A stretch of 64,000 nucleotides of DNA from Elusimicrobiota bacterium (GTDB lineage: Bacteria > Elusimicrobiota > Elusimicrobia > UBA1565 > UBA9628). Both the position numbers and the translations under genes were made by a program. Below are positions 39,096-49,400 of the stretch, piece by piece (position 1 is the first letter of the stretch; each line of letters opens with the position of its first letter). The stretch covers positions 15,900 to 79,899 of the forward strand of contig JACQPG010000024.1 of NCBI GenBank assembly GCA_016207665.1, read 5' to 3'. The notes beneath the pieces were generated by a model. The model did not search any database. It saw nothing but the letters and a program-made list of their open reading frames with translations, and was not told where the DNA came from.

Positions 39096-40010
39096 ATGAG
39101 TAATAGCCTGGTGGTGAAGCTGTTGTTAGCCTCTATGCTTGGCCTGGGCGTCATTGAACTGGCGGGCGCGCAGCGCTTAGTGGATTTCGACCAGGGCGTG
39201 GACGCCTCAACCCTATTAAAGGAAGCGACCGAGGGCACGATGGACGAGCAGACGCTTCCCCAAGCTCGCGTCGCCTGGCGGCAACGTTACGAGCGCGACT
39301 GCGTCAAGATCGCCTTCGCCCCCGATTCTCCGCCGGTCTCGCAGCCGGTGCGTCTCCATAGCCGGGAGTGGATCGAGGACTGCCGCTGGGTCCCGGGCGG
39401 GCGCAACCAGCCGGGACGCTGGGAATGCTGGGAGCGACCGGGCATGGGTTATTCGGAGACGGTGCAGATTACTCTCCGGGACCGCAAGCCGCTGTTGCCT
39501 TGGGAGCACGACGGCTTCCTCGCCTGCCTCGAGGGCCCTTGGACGGACTGGCAGGCGCTCGAGACGGCCTATGAGTACAAACAGGCCTCGAGCCGCGGAG
39601 AGGGCTCGATCGTGCTGGCGCCCGGGCGCAAGCTCGCGATGAAGCCCGATCCCACCGGCATCAGGGTCGAGTCGTTCTCCCGCGCGCTCAAGCTCGCGCT
39701 CAGCGACCGCTGGTCCTCCTATTACGCGGGCGAAGTCACGCGTTTGACGCTCAAGCTCAAGCGCCAGGTCAAGCCTTGGCCCGATCCCGTGCTGCTCGAA
39801 AAGGAGCTCGATCTCGAGCCGGCCCCCTCCTATGAGATCGACTTTCTCGCCTATCGGGGGCAATTCTCCGAGCCGCTCAAGCCGGGGGAGAAGTATTATG
39901 TCGAGATCGAGTTCTCCCGGCGAGGGCGAGTTTCCAAGGAACAGAAGATCGAGATCGACGAGACGCCGGCCGTCCCCTATCAGCCTGTCTCGGTCGCGGC
40001 CGCCCGATAA
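39096..40010 (+). CDS. hypothetical secreted beta-rich protein
   Basis: GGAGG SD, signal peptide (LAGA|Q), four Cys. Confidence 0.75.
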   Translation: MSNSLVVKLLLASMLGLGVIELAGAQRLVDFDQGVDASTLLKEATEGTMDEQTLPQARVAWRQRYERDCVKIAFAPDSPPVSQPVRLHSREWIEDCRWVPGGRNQPGRWECWERPGMGYSETVQITLRDRKPLLPWEHDGFLACLEGPWTDWQALETAYEYKQASSRGEGSIVLAPGRKLAMKPDPTGIRVESFSRALKLALSDRWSSYYAGEVTRLTLKLKRQVKPWPDPVLLEKELDLEPAPSYEIDFLAYRGQFSEPLKPGEKYYVEIEFSRRGRVSKEQKIEIDETPAVPYQPVSVAAAR

Positions 40011-40016
40011 GATCAG

Positions 40017-40098
40017 GGCCCTTCGCTCCTAGCCCGGGCATTTCGAGCTCGTCGAGGCCTAGGTCCCCTGGGCCGCTGAGCTTTAGGTCCTTAGCCAA
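40017..40098. promoter_or_regulatory. three motif copies upstream of the LonC / M50-Clp operon
   Basis: rc TAGGAGCGAAGGGCC (40017-31), TAGGTCCCCTGGGCC (40060-74), TAGGTCCTTAGCCAA (40084-98). Confidence 0.55.
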
Positions 40099-40157
40099 GA
40101 GCCTGAAGTACCAATAGACCCATCACTGATCGGCGTCCTTTGGACATAATTCGATAC

Positions 40158-43100
40158 ATGCGACAAGTCAAAGGCTTTCTCGGGCGTTCTTTCTCCGTTG
40201 TTCTGGCGTTGGCGATGGCGTTTCCCGGCGGTCTGAACGCGGGCTCATCGCGCAACCGCTCTCGTTCCAAGGATTTTTCGGTCTCGCTCGGGCGCGTGAG
40301 GCCCCAGCGTATCCCGATCGCGCGGCCCGCGACGCCAGCGCCGATTCCGGCGCCCATCTCGGCCGCTGAGCTTCCGGGCGCGGCGATCAGGCGGCATCCC
40401 GTGATCGAGCTGATGGATCAGCTCCAGAGCGCGGGCGTTTCGCTTTCAGACGACGCCTCCGTGGATCCGGAGCGATTGGAGTCCGCGGCGCTTCCCGAGT
40501 CGGCGCGTCAGAGCCTGGCCTCGATCGCCCGGGCCGTGGCCGCGCGGCGCGGCGGCTTGTCCGCCCAGGGCGCCTTGGGAAGGGCTTTCGACAGGGCTCG
40601 GGCCGAGGGCGACTCGGGAGTGGTTTCGGGTTCGGGGGGCGCGACCCTTATGGCCGGGCCCGCCGAGGCGGGCGCGTCCTTGCTGCGCTGGAGCCCGGGC
40701 GGGGGCGAGGTTCCGGAGAGCACTCGCGGCGTGGAGAGAGCCGGCGAGCCCATCGTGGGGCAGGATTTGGCGCTCAAGCATTTGCGCGACGCCTTGCGCA
40801 TGTCCGGCAAGAGCTATAACGTCTATATCGCCGGTCCCGAGGATTCAGGCCGCCAATCCGCGGCCGAGCTCATTCTCAGGCGGGAGATCGCCCCGTCGCT
40901 TCCGACGCCTCCGGACCTGGTCCAGGTCACGAATTTCCAGGATAAGGAATATCCCCTGGTGTTGGAGCTGCCGGCGGGCGCAGGGCAGAGGCTGAGGGCG
41001 GGGGTCGCGCAATTCCTGATCAACTTCCAGCTCCATCTGGCCGAACGCATGTCGTCGCCCGAGATCAAGGAGAAGCATCGCGAGGCCGCGGCCAAGATAG
41101 CGAAGGAGAAAGAGCAGGTGATGGCCGCCTTCGACGCGGAGGTCGAGCAAGTCGAGCTGGGCAAGTTCGGGATCGAGATATACGGGGAGCCGAACGGCAA
41201 GGGAATCGAGATCAAGGCGGCTCTTAAACTGGGGAAAGGCGGCCGGGTGATCGCCGAAAAGGAGCTGGACGAGCTGATCAAGGAGGGAAAATTCAGCCGG
41301 CAGGAGTGGGAAGAGGCTCATGAACAGTTGCCTGAAAAATCCGCTCCTTTCATGGATAAATTCGAGGATGCCATAGCCCATCATCGCCATGCGGACGCCA
41401 GGCTTGCCGCCCAGATCGAGATGATCAATCGCCAGGCCGCCGCGAGCCTGGCCGCGGGGCTCGGCAACGCCATGCTTTCCGCGATGTTCGCGCCCGATGA
41501 GAACGATCCGCAGCTACAGCGATGGAAGGCGCAGGTGGCGCAGCGCGAGGCTGATTTCCGGAAGGGATTATCCTCGGTGATGATAGGGCCCTATGGCGTG
41601 GATTACATGATACACGAGGGGGGCTTTTTCCTGCTCTTGACCCGTTATGAAGGCGGGGAACGCGTTCCCGTGCAACAAGAGGAGCTGGACTCGCTCAGGG
41701 CCTCGGGCGCGCTGACGCAAGACCATATCGACGAGTGGCTCCGGCTCGCGCAGGAGTGGTCGCAGAAGTTCTTGGAGATGGCGCGGCTCAATAACCAGGA
41801 GTACGCGGCCATGGGTTCTCGGAAGGACCCGACTGAACAGGATAAGAAGCTGATCGGCTGGGCCCAGCTTATGGCGGGCTACGCCGCCAGCCATTACAAG
41901 GAATTCCTGCCGGCCTATCTCAAGGATGACGGGGAAGCGTCGCAGGCTCAGGGCGGCGTCTCCGAGGCCTTCCAAGTCAACGTCATGGTCGACAACTCCC
42001 AGACCCAGGGGGCTCCGGTGATATTCGAGCCCAATCCTACCTTGGAGAACCTGTTCGGCTCGGCGGACGCGGAGTCCAAGAGCATGATCGTCGGCGGCAA
42101 GATGATGAAATTGGGCGGAGCCGCCGGTCCCAAGCTCAATCCGGGAGCGGTTCATAGGGCCAATGGCGGATTCTTGATCCTGAAAGACCTGGACGTGCTT
42201 CGCCAACCCGGCGCCTGGGAAGCTCTGCAGCGCATGATCGAGACCGGAAAGGCGGAGATCATCGAAGGGGGGCTGCTGGGCTTGAGGCTTCAAAGCCGCG
42301 TCCACAAGACTCCGGTCAACGTGCGCGTGGTGCTGATCGGCAATTATCTGCGTCATAGGCTGCTTACCGAGCATGACGAGAATTTCCGCCGGAATTTCAG
42401 GTCCTTGGCGCAGTTCGAGCCTTCCCTGGCTCTCAACGCCGAGACCCTCAAGGGCTTCGTGCAATTCCTGAAGATCATCATCGAGAAAAGCGCGGGCGAG
42501 ATCTTGGAGATGAACCGGCAGGCCATCGTCGCCCTCATCCAATACGCGGCCAGGCTGGTGCCCAGCCATGTGGAGATATCGGCCCGCCTGGGCCTCATCG
42601 ACAGCGTGGCGCGGGAGGCCACCTTCTTCGCCCGCAAGGAGGGAGCGGAGCAGCTCGACGGCCGGCATGTGGCGATGGCGCTGGAGCGCCGCAAGGAAAG
42701 CCACGGCCTGTTCGAGCGCCGGACCCTGGCCCGCTACCGGGACGGCGAGGAGTTGGTGCGCGTCGAGGGCGCCGAGGTGGGCGAGATGAACGCCCTGGTG
42801 GTGTATGAGATGGCGGACAGCTTCGGGGCTCCCAAGCGCATGAGCGTCTACGCGGTGGCGGCGCCTCCGGGATCGCCCCTGCTCATCTCGACGGATCGCG
42901 CCGGCAAGCTCACGGGAAAGAGCTTCGACAAGGCCCTGGCCGTGGTGGAGAACTTCATCAAGCGCCAGTTCGGGCGCAAGCTGCTCATCCCGGCGCAACT
43001 GCTTGTGTCTTTCGAGCAGAGCCATGGGGTCGACGGGGACTCGGCCACCGGGGCGACGATCGCGACCGCGCTTTCCAGCCTTTCCGGCGTGCCCCTCAAG

Positions 43101-43451
43101 CAGAACATCGCGATGACCGGCTCGGCCGATCAGGCCGGGAATATACTGCCCATCGGAGGCGCCAACGAGAAGATCGAAGGCTTCTTGAACGTGGCGAGCC
43201 TCTTGGTCAGCCAGGCGCATGAGCAGGGATTGCATGGAGTAATCTTGCCTCAGGCCAACTTGGCGGATCTCATGCTCGATCCCAAGGTCATCGCCGCCAT
43301 CGACGGCCGCCGCTTCAAGATCTATCCGGTCAGGCACATCAGCGAGGTCATGCCCATTTTGACCGGCGAGAGCTACCAGTCGATCATCGAGAAGGCCGAG
43401 CGCTATATCGACGATCTGCGCCAGGGGCTTAAAGGGCTCGCCTCCAAGTAA
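40158..43451 (+). CDS. LonC/AAA_32-type Lon-like serine protease with a signal-peptide-like N-terminus
   Basis: IVGQ, YNVYIAGP..SGR, NF, APVIFEPNPT..NLFG, GAVHRANGGFLIL, FEQS.GVDGDSA (Ser 43041), IGG.NEKIEGF (Lys 43170, 43 codons later). Confidence 0.9.
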   Translation: MRQVKGFLGRSFSVVLALAMAFPGGLNAGSSRNRSRSKDFSVSLGRVRPQRIPIARPATPAPIPAPISAAELPGAAIRRHPVIELMDQLQSAGVSLSDDASVDPERLESAALPESARQSLASIARAVAARRGGLSAQGALGRAFDRARAEGDSGVVSGSGGATLMAGPAEAGASLLRWSPGGGEVPESTRGVERAGEPIVGQDLALKHLRDALRMSGKSYNVYIAGPEDSGRQSAAELILRREIAPSLPTPPDLVQVTNFQDKEYPLVLELPAGAGQRLRAGVAQFLINFQLHLAERMSSPEIKEKHREAAAKIAKEKEQVMAAFDAEVEQVELGKFGIEIYGEPNGKGIEIKAALKLGKGGRVIAEKELDELIKEGKFSRQEWEEAHEQLPEKSAPFMDKFEDAIAHHRHADARLAAQIEMINRQAAASLAAGLGNAMLSAMFAPDENDPQLQRWKAQVAQREADFRKGLSSVMIGPYGVDYMIHEGGFFLLLTRYEGGERVPVQQEELDSLRASGALTQDHIDEWLRLAQEWSQKFLEMARLNNQEYAAMGSRKDPTEQDKKLIGWAQLMAGYAASHYKEFLPAYLKDDGEASQAQGGVSEAFQVNVMVDNSQTQGAPVIFEPNPTLENLFGSADAESKSMIVGGKMMKLGGAAGPKLNPGAVHRANGGFLILKDLDVLRQPGAWEALQRMIETGKAEIIEGGLLGLRLQSRVHKTPVNVRVVLIGNYLRHRLLTEHDENFRRNFRSLAQFEPSLALNAETLKGFVQFLKIIIEKSAGEILEMNRQAIVALIQYAARLVPSHVEISARLGLIDSVAREATFFARKEGAEQLDGRHVAMALERRKESHGLFERRTLARYRDGEELVRVEGAEVGEMNALVVYEMADSFGAPKRMSVYAVAAPPGSPLLISTDRAGKLTGKSFDKALAVVENFIKRQFGRKLLIPAQLLVSFEQSHGVDGDSATGATIATALSSLSGVPLKQNIAMTGSADQAGNILPIGGANEKIEGFLNVASLLVSQAHEQGLHGVILPQANLADLMLDPKVIAAIDGRRFKIYPVRHISEVMPILTGESYQSIIEKAERYIDDLRQGLKGLASK

Positions 43452-46400
43452 ATGAGCCCTTCCGGCAAGTTCTTGCGCGGCCTGCTTTGCGCCGCCCTGC
43501 TCATAGCCTCTCCGGGAAGCCTTCCTTACCAGGCCTTGGCGGCCTCCCGTCCCGAGGGCCGGCCCGTGTCGGCCGCGCAGCTGCGCCTGGCCATGCGGGC
43601 CGTGACGCGAGTCGGGAAAGGCCCCGCGGATTCATCTCGAGCGAGCCGGGCTCAGCGGCGCCTGGCGGGGCGGCTATCCTCATTGGACCTGGACTCGGCC
43701 CAGGGCCGGGCGCTGGCGGAGAGATTCGCGCAACGCGTCGAGGGCCTGGGCCCCGAGGCCTCGGAATCGGAGCTGGCGCAAGCCCTGATCGCGGCCGCGG
43801 AGCAAAGCTCGGAGCCGCTGCAGCCCGGATTTGGCGGGTTCGAGGGCGTCGGGCGGCATATCGCCGCCGTGATCCGCTCCTGGCGTAAGGCGGTTCCGGC
43901 TGAAATCGAGGCCGCCAACTCCGCCGGCGTATCCGCGGCCCGCTCGCCGCAGGCCTTGGCCCGGCCCTCTTTTTCCCCTCGGGAGCCGGGCGTCATCGAG
44001 CCGGTGGCCGTGGAGCGGCATTCTCTCGGAACCCATGCCCAGCCGCGAGCTTTCTGGTCCGGGCGCTTGGGCCGGGCCGCGCTGTGGGGCGCGGCCTTGG
44101 CCTTGGCGGGCGCGGCGATCGCGCATCTGGGCTTGATCCCGGCCGCCGCGCTTTCCGCGGTGTTGATCGGCTCGGTGTTGTTGCACGAAGTCGAGCATCT
44201 TCGCGTCTTGCGCAAGCTGGGAGACCCTACCGCCGAGAAACACGGTCACGGCAGTCTCAATCCGTTGAAGCATATCGATCCTTGGAAAACCCTGGCCCTG
44301 CCGTTGCTGACGCTTCTCGGCAGCTTGCTGTGGCTGCCCGCGCCGGTGATCTTCGGCCAGGCCGCGCCCGTGCGCGTGGACTTCAACAAATTGCCCGATC
44401 CCAAGAGAGACGCCGCGCGCGTGGCTTGGGCCGGGCCGCGCACGAATCTATTGCTTTCGGCGGCGGCTTGGGCGGCGTACCTGGCCTTGCCGGGCCTGGG
44501 CCTTATCGCCGCGGGCGGAAGCGCCGCCTGGGTGTTGTGGCAAGCGGCCGCGATCAACGCCTCGCTGGCCTTGTTCAACCTGCTTCCACTGCCGAATCTG
44601 GATGGAGGCAAGATACTGGTGCGCTATCTGCCGCAGCGGGTCTATCGGCTTTGGACCAGCAATCCGGATCTGCCCGCTTCGTATCAAAGCACCTATCAAA
44701 GGCTCTATGAGGGCCCGGCTTATTTGTTGAGCAAGCTCGGCATCGCCAGCCAAGGCCGGGTCAATCGTCTGGCCTGGGGCGCCAGCGTCTTGAGCCTGGC
44801 GCTTTTTTCCGTGGGACTTTCCGCTTGGCTGGGCGCTCCCTTGGCGCTTTTCCTGCTGGTTTGCGCTTACGACTATTATTGCATCCGGGAAAAGATACAG
44901 AACGAGGAGGCGGTCAAGGCCATCATCGGCATATTCCAGGGCTTTTCCCGGGCCATGGCCCAGGCCGCGGAGCGGGACGAGGGCGTCGAATCCGAGATCA
45001 ATTCAGAGGAAGTCGAGCATGTCTTGAAAAACGCCTTCGAGGACACCCTCGACAAGATCATGGACTCGGAGGGCTTCGAGGCCCTCGACGAGGCCGGACG
45101 ATGGGAGCGTTTCGAGTCGGCCTATCGCGAGGCCGCGGTCGCGGCCCTGCGCGCCCACGGCATGAGCGAGGACGGCCCCGAGGCCATCCGGCGCTTCCTC
45201 GATCGTGCCGATCTCAAGTCCTATTTCCAGGCCCTGAGGGACTGGATGACGCGCTACGAGGCCTGGGAGAAGTGGCGCAGTCCCAAACGCAGGCAACGCC
45301 GGCGCGATGCCGAGGGCAAGTCCTCCCAGGCCCAAGGAGGAGCGGCCACCGCGATGGGCTTGGCGGTTTTGGGGGCTTTCGGCGTGGGCTTGGCGGGCAT
45401 CGATCTCGGCGCCGTGGCCCTGCTTCCCGGAACGGTCGAGCCAAACGCGCCCGCCGCGCGCCCGAGCTTCGTCCAGGCGCTCAACGACGCGAATCTGAAG
45501 TTCGACGACAAGCAGAAGGCGTTCCTGACCCTTCACCTGACTGAGCTGAAGCTCAAGAAGGTGGCGCCCGTGATCGGCCGGGTCGAGGAGATCAAGCGTC
45601 TGATCAAGAGCGCGCGGGGCCCGCGCGGGGTGATCAACAACGTGGTGGCCTGGGGCAAGACCGGCGTGGGGAAGACGGCGCTCTTCGAGGGCCTGGCCCA
45701 GGCGCAGGCCTTTTCGGAGACACAGCCCGAGGGAGGCACGTTCAAGCTCGCGAGCTTGGAGGGCCGCTATCTGCTCGAGCTCGATCTCTCGCGCTTGATG
45801 TTGGCCGATGACCCGGCGATGGCGCTGGCCATGATATTCCAGTATCTCGCCCGTTTCAATGATCCGGACCCCAGGAACGGCAGCAAGGTGATATTGATCA
45901 TCGACGAGATCCATAAGCTCTTCAAGCACCCCCGCGGCGAGCTCATGGCCGAGCTGCTCAAGAGGCATTTGAGGGAGGGAGACCTCGCGGTCTTCGCCGC
46001 CACCACCGAGGCCGAATACAGGAAATACATCGAGCCTGACGAGGCCTTCAGCCGGAGGCTGGTGCCGCTCGAGCTCAAGCCGGCCACCCCGGAGGAGACC
46101 CTGCTTTATCTGGAGGGAGGCCAGGAATACTATGAGCGGCTATTCGGCGTGACCATCGCGCCCGAGGCTCTTAGGGCTTTGGCGGAACTATCGCGCTTCG
46201 ATCGCAGCGTGGAGCTGCCGGAGCGGGCCTTCAAATATCTGCGCCTGGCCTCCTCCGAGGCTAATTTTGACAGCCGGCGGGACCGCTACTCGCTCGATAT
46301 TCGGGACTTGATCGGGCGGCTGCGCTATGCGATGCAGCGGCTCTCGGAGCAGCTTTCAGGATCGGAACTGGTCACGGACAAGCTGAAGAAGGACGAGCCA

Positions 46401-49400
46401 GGGGCGATCTCCCTTTATAACCTCGCCATAGACCTCAGCCAGGAACTGATCGACCTTTATCGCAAGCGCGACGGGGTGCCGACGGAGGGAACTCCGGTGG
46501 TGGATTCCGAGATGGTGAAGGAGGAGATATCCCGGGAAACCGGCATCAAATCAGGGCTTCTGGTCTCGGGCGAGGAGGATCTGGAGCGCTATCTCAAGAT
46601 GGAGGAGATCGTCGGCCGAAGGGTGATAGGACAGGAGGAGCCCATCCATATCATCGCCGAGGCCGTGCGCCAGAACAAGGCCGGGCTTTCGGATCCGAAT
46701 CGACCCATGGGAGTGTTCTATCTCACCGGCCCCACGGGCTCGGGAAAGACCTTGCTCGCCAAGACCCTCGCCTGGTTCTTGTTCGGCGATCCCGAGGCCA
46801 TGGTGCGCGTCGACATGTCCGAGTACCAGGAGGGCCACTCCGTGTCGCGCGGCATAGGAGCTCCTCCCGGCTATGTCGGCCATGAGCAAGGCGGACAGTG
46901 GACGGAGAAGGTGAGGCGGCGGCCCTACAGCGTGGTCTTGTTCGACGAGATCGAGAAGGCGCACCCCAATGTCTGGTTGTTGCTGCTTCCCCTGCTGGCG
47001 GACGGCCGCATGACCGACGGCCAAGGGCGAACCGTGGATTTCAAGAATACGCTGATTCTTATGACCTCCAATCTGGGCATGCAGGCGGTGAATGTCGAGC
47101 CCTATGTCAAGGCTTATCAGGCGATGCGGACGGATATCCAGGCGGCCGAGGCCGCGGGGGATGCCCATGCCCTGCAGGCGGCGCGGTCGCGCCTCGAGCA
47201 ATTGATCGCCAATTTGTCGGCCGATACGAAGAAGACGACCATGGAGGTCACCGGCAAGTATTTCAAGGAGGTCTATCCTCCCGAGTTCCAGGGGCGGCTG
47301 CATGCCCCTCCCATCGTGTTCAACCGCATCACGCCGGCCATGGCCCGGGAGATCGTGGAGCTGAACCTCAAGCAGCTCCGCGAGGTGCTGGCTTTCGCCG
47401 GCCACGAATTCGATTGGGATCCAGGTCTTGTGGCTCATATCGTCGACGAGGGCTATTCGATCGAATTGGGAGCCCGGCCCTTGCAGAACGCCATCGATCG
47501 GCTCGTGACCCGGCCGATAGCCAAGGAGATACTCAAGGCAGCGGTCGCCAGCGGCAATAAGATACGGCCCAGCGAGATCAAGGTCGGCTTCGAGCAGGGC
47601 CGGGTGGGTTTCGAGATCAAGGCCCTCAAGCCCCGGCCTTTGGCCAAGAAGAAGTCCCGGGAAGCCGCGGCTCGCGAGCTGTTCATGCGCGTGCTGCGCC
47701 ATTCCTTGGCCGCGGCGGTGCAGCCGATCGCGGCGCCGGGGCTTTCGGAGATAGATGCCTGGGCTCGGGCGGCCCTAGGTCAGGACCCGGTCCGCGCTCA
47801 GGAGCCGGGCTCGGGAGCTCCGGCGGCGGAGCCGCCTGGCGACGGCGCGCTTTTCAGCGCCAAGCCCGGCGGCATGAGGGCCATGGGAGATTCCCAGATA
47901 ACCGTTCTCGCCTCTCATAACAGGCCGCAGGGCAAGGACGAGGGGCTGCGGCGCCTGCGCGAGGAGCTTTCAGCCGCCCTGGAGCGGGAGGGATATCCGG
48001 AGTCCGTTCGGGAGCTGATACTGCGCACGGTGGAGCATCCGGACGATCCCTATGTGGGCTGGCTCAAGCTCATGGTGGAGCGCGCCAAGGAAAGGCAAAC
48101 GGGAGAGAGTCCCATTAAGATCAGCTACGAGGTGGACGGGGATTCGGTACGCCTGCTGGTGCATCGCGAAGGGGAACTCGATGCTCGGGAGACGGCCGTG
48201 TTCGAGACCCATTTCAGAGGCCCCCCGCCCGAGAGCCCGTCCGTCTCGCGCGAAAGGGCCGAGGCCGCCAATGTGGCGGGCGAGGACGGGCGCAGGCATT
48301 ATTTCGATCTCTATCGCGCTCTTAACCGGATGGGAGCGAATTGGGGCTATTTCTCCGGGATATTGGCCCGGGGCGAGAGCGGAGTGGATTATTGGATCGA
48401 GATACCCAAGGTCCCGCCGCAACCGGCCGCCGCACCCGCTGGCGAGGCTGCGGCGCGGGGGCAGCCTGATACGGGCAAGATCAAGGAGCACGCTCGGGAA
48501 CGCGACATCGGCGCCTATGGTTTCGATCCGGCCTGGGCCGGCATCGTTTTGACTTTGGGCCGGCGCGAGTACCGGGGTTGGGACGGATACCTTTCCGAGC
48601 TCAAGAGCCGCTTCCATCTGCGCGAGACGCTTTCCATCCATGGAGGTCATGACACGAAATTCGGCTTGGTCCTCGAACGGCGGCCTTCAGGCGATGAGGC
48701 TCTTGAGGAGGAGCTGGCGCGGCTGGCGATAGAGCTTTCCAGGGAGGAGGCGGCCGTGTCGATTGCCGTCGACAGGCGAGTGGCCAAGAGGATCGCGGCG
48801 CCCCAGCCCCCCGCTTTGTTGGCGAAGGTGGATCTGTTGCCGGACGAGCTGCGGCCGGCGGCCGAGGCTCGGCGCACGATCTTGATCGAGCTGGCGCATC
48901 AGGGTTTCCCGACGCAATATTTCCGCGACAATCTTTTCGTCAGCATAAACCGCGGCGTGGGCCTGATGCTGGTGCGTGATTCCAGGACTGGGTCCCGGTT
49001 GGAGGCAGAGTTCAGGGCGGATGACCCGGAGGCCGCCGCCCGTGCCGTGATCGCGTTGGCCGATTATGGCGCCCTCGATGCGATCCGGGTGCATCCGGAA
49101 GTGAAACGGAGGATAGCCGAGCTGCTGAGAGACCCGTCCGCCCCGGCTCGCGAAAGGCCCGATCGTTCGCCCCGGGAGCAGTTGAAAGCCATGGCCCTGG
49201 CCATTTTAAGGCAGGGAAATCAGCGCAGCCCGTCCGTGTTGATCGCGGCGGGGGATCTCTTCGCGTCGCTGGCCTCTTCCGATGACCTGAACTTGGCCTT
49301 GGATTGGATCGGACATAACGACTCCCGCCTCCAGCATTTCCTCATCGGCGCCGGCGCGGCCGTCGTGGCCGCGCTGGGCCAGGGGGAAGACAAGCTGGAG

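Noticed and set aside
28483-39238. N-terminal extensions in the ORF track (lhgO 28566, tolB 30606, pal 31839, MauE 36687, S8 38226, 39238)
   Set aside because: They overlap neighbouring genes or promoters; downstream starts fit the SD/-10 signals and family N-termini better
35317-40098. CRISPR array or REP/MITE explanation for the GGNCC repeats
   Set aside because: The copies are about 15 bp, degenerate, two or three per site and tied to promoters; there are no cas genes or constant repeat-spacer units
41568-43337. long antisense ORFs (589 aa here; also 50897-52174, 37090-38223, 46551-47702, 53989-54891 and others)
   Set aside because: Shadow frames of well-supported genes in high-GC DNA, with no recognisable motifs
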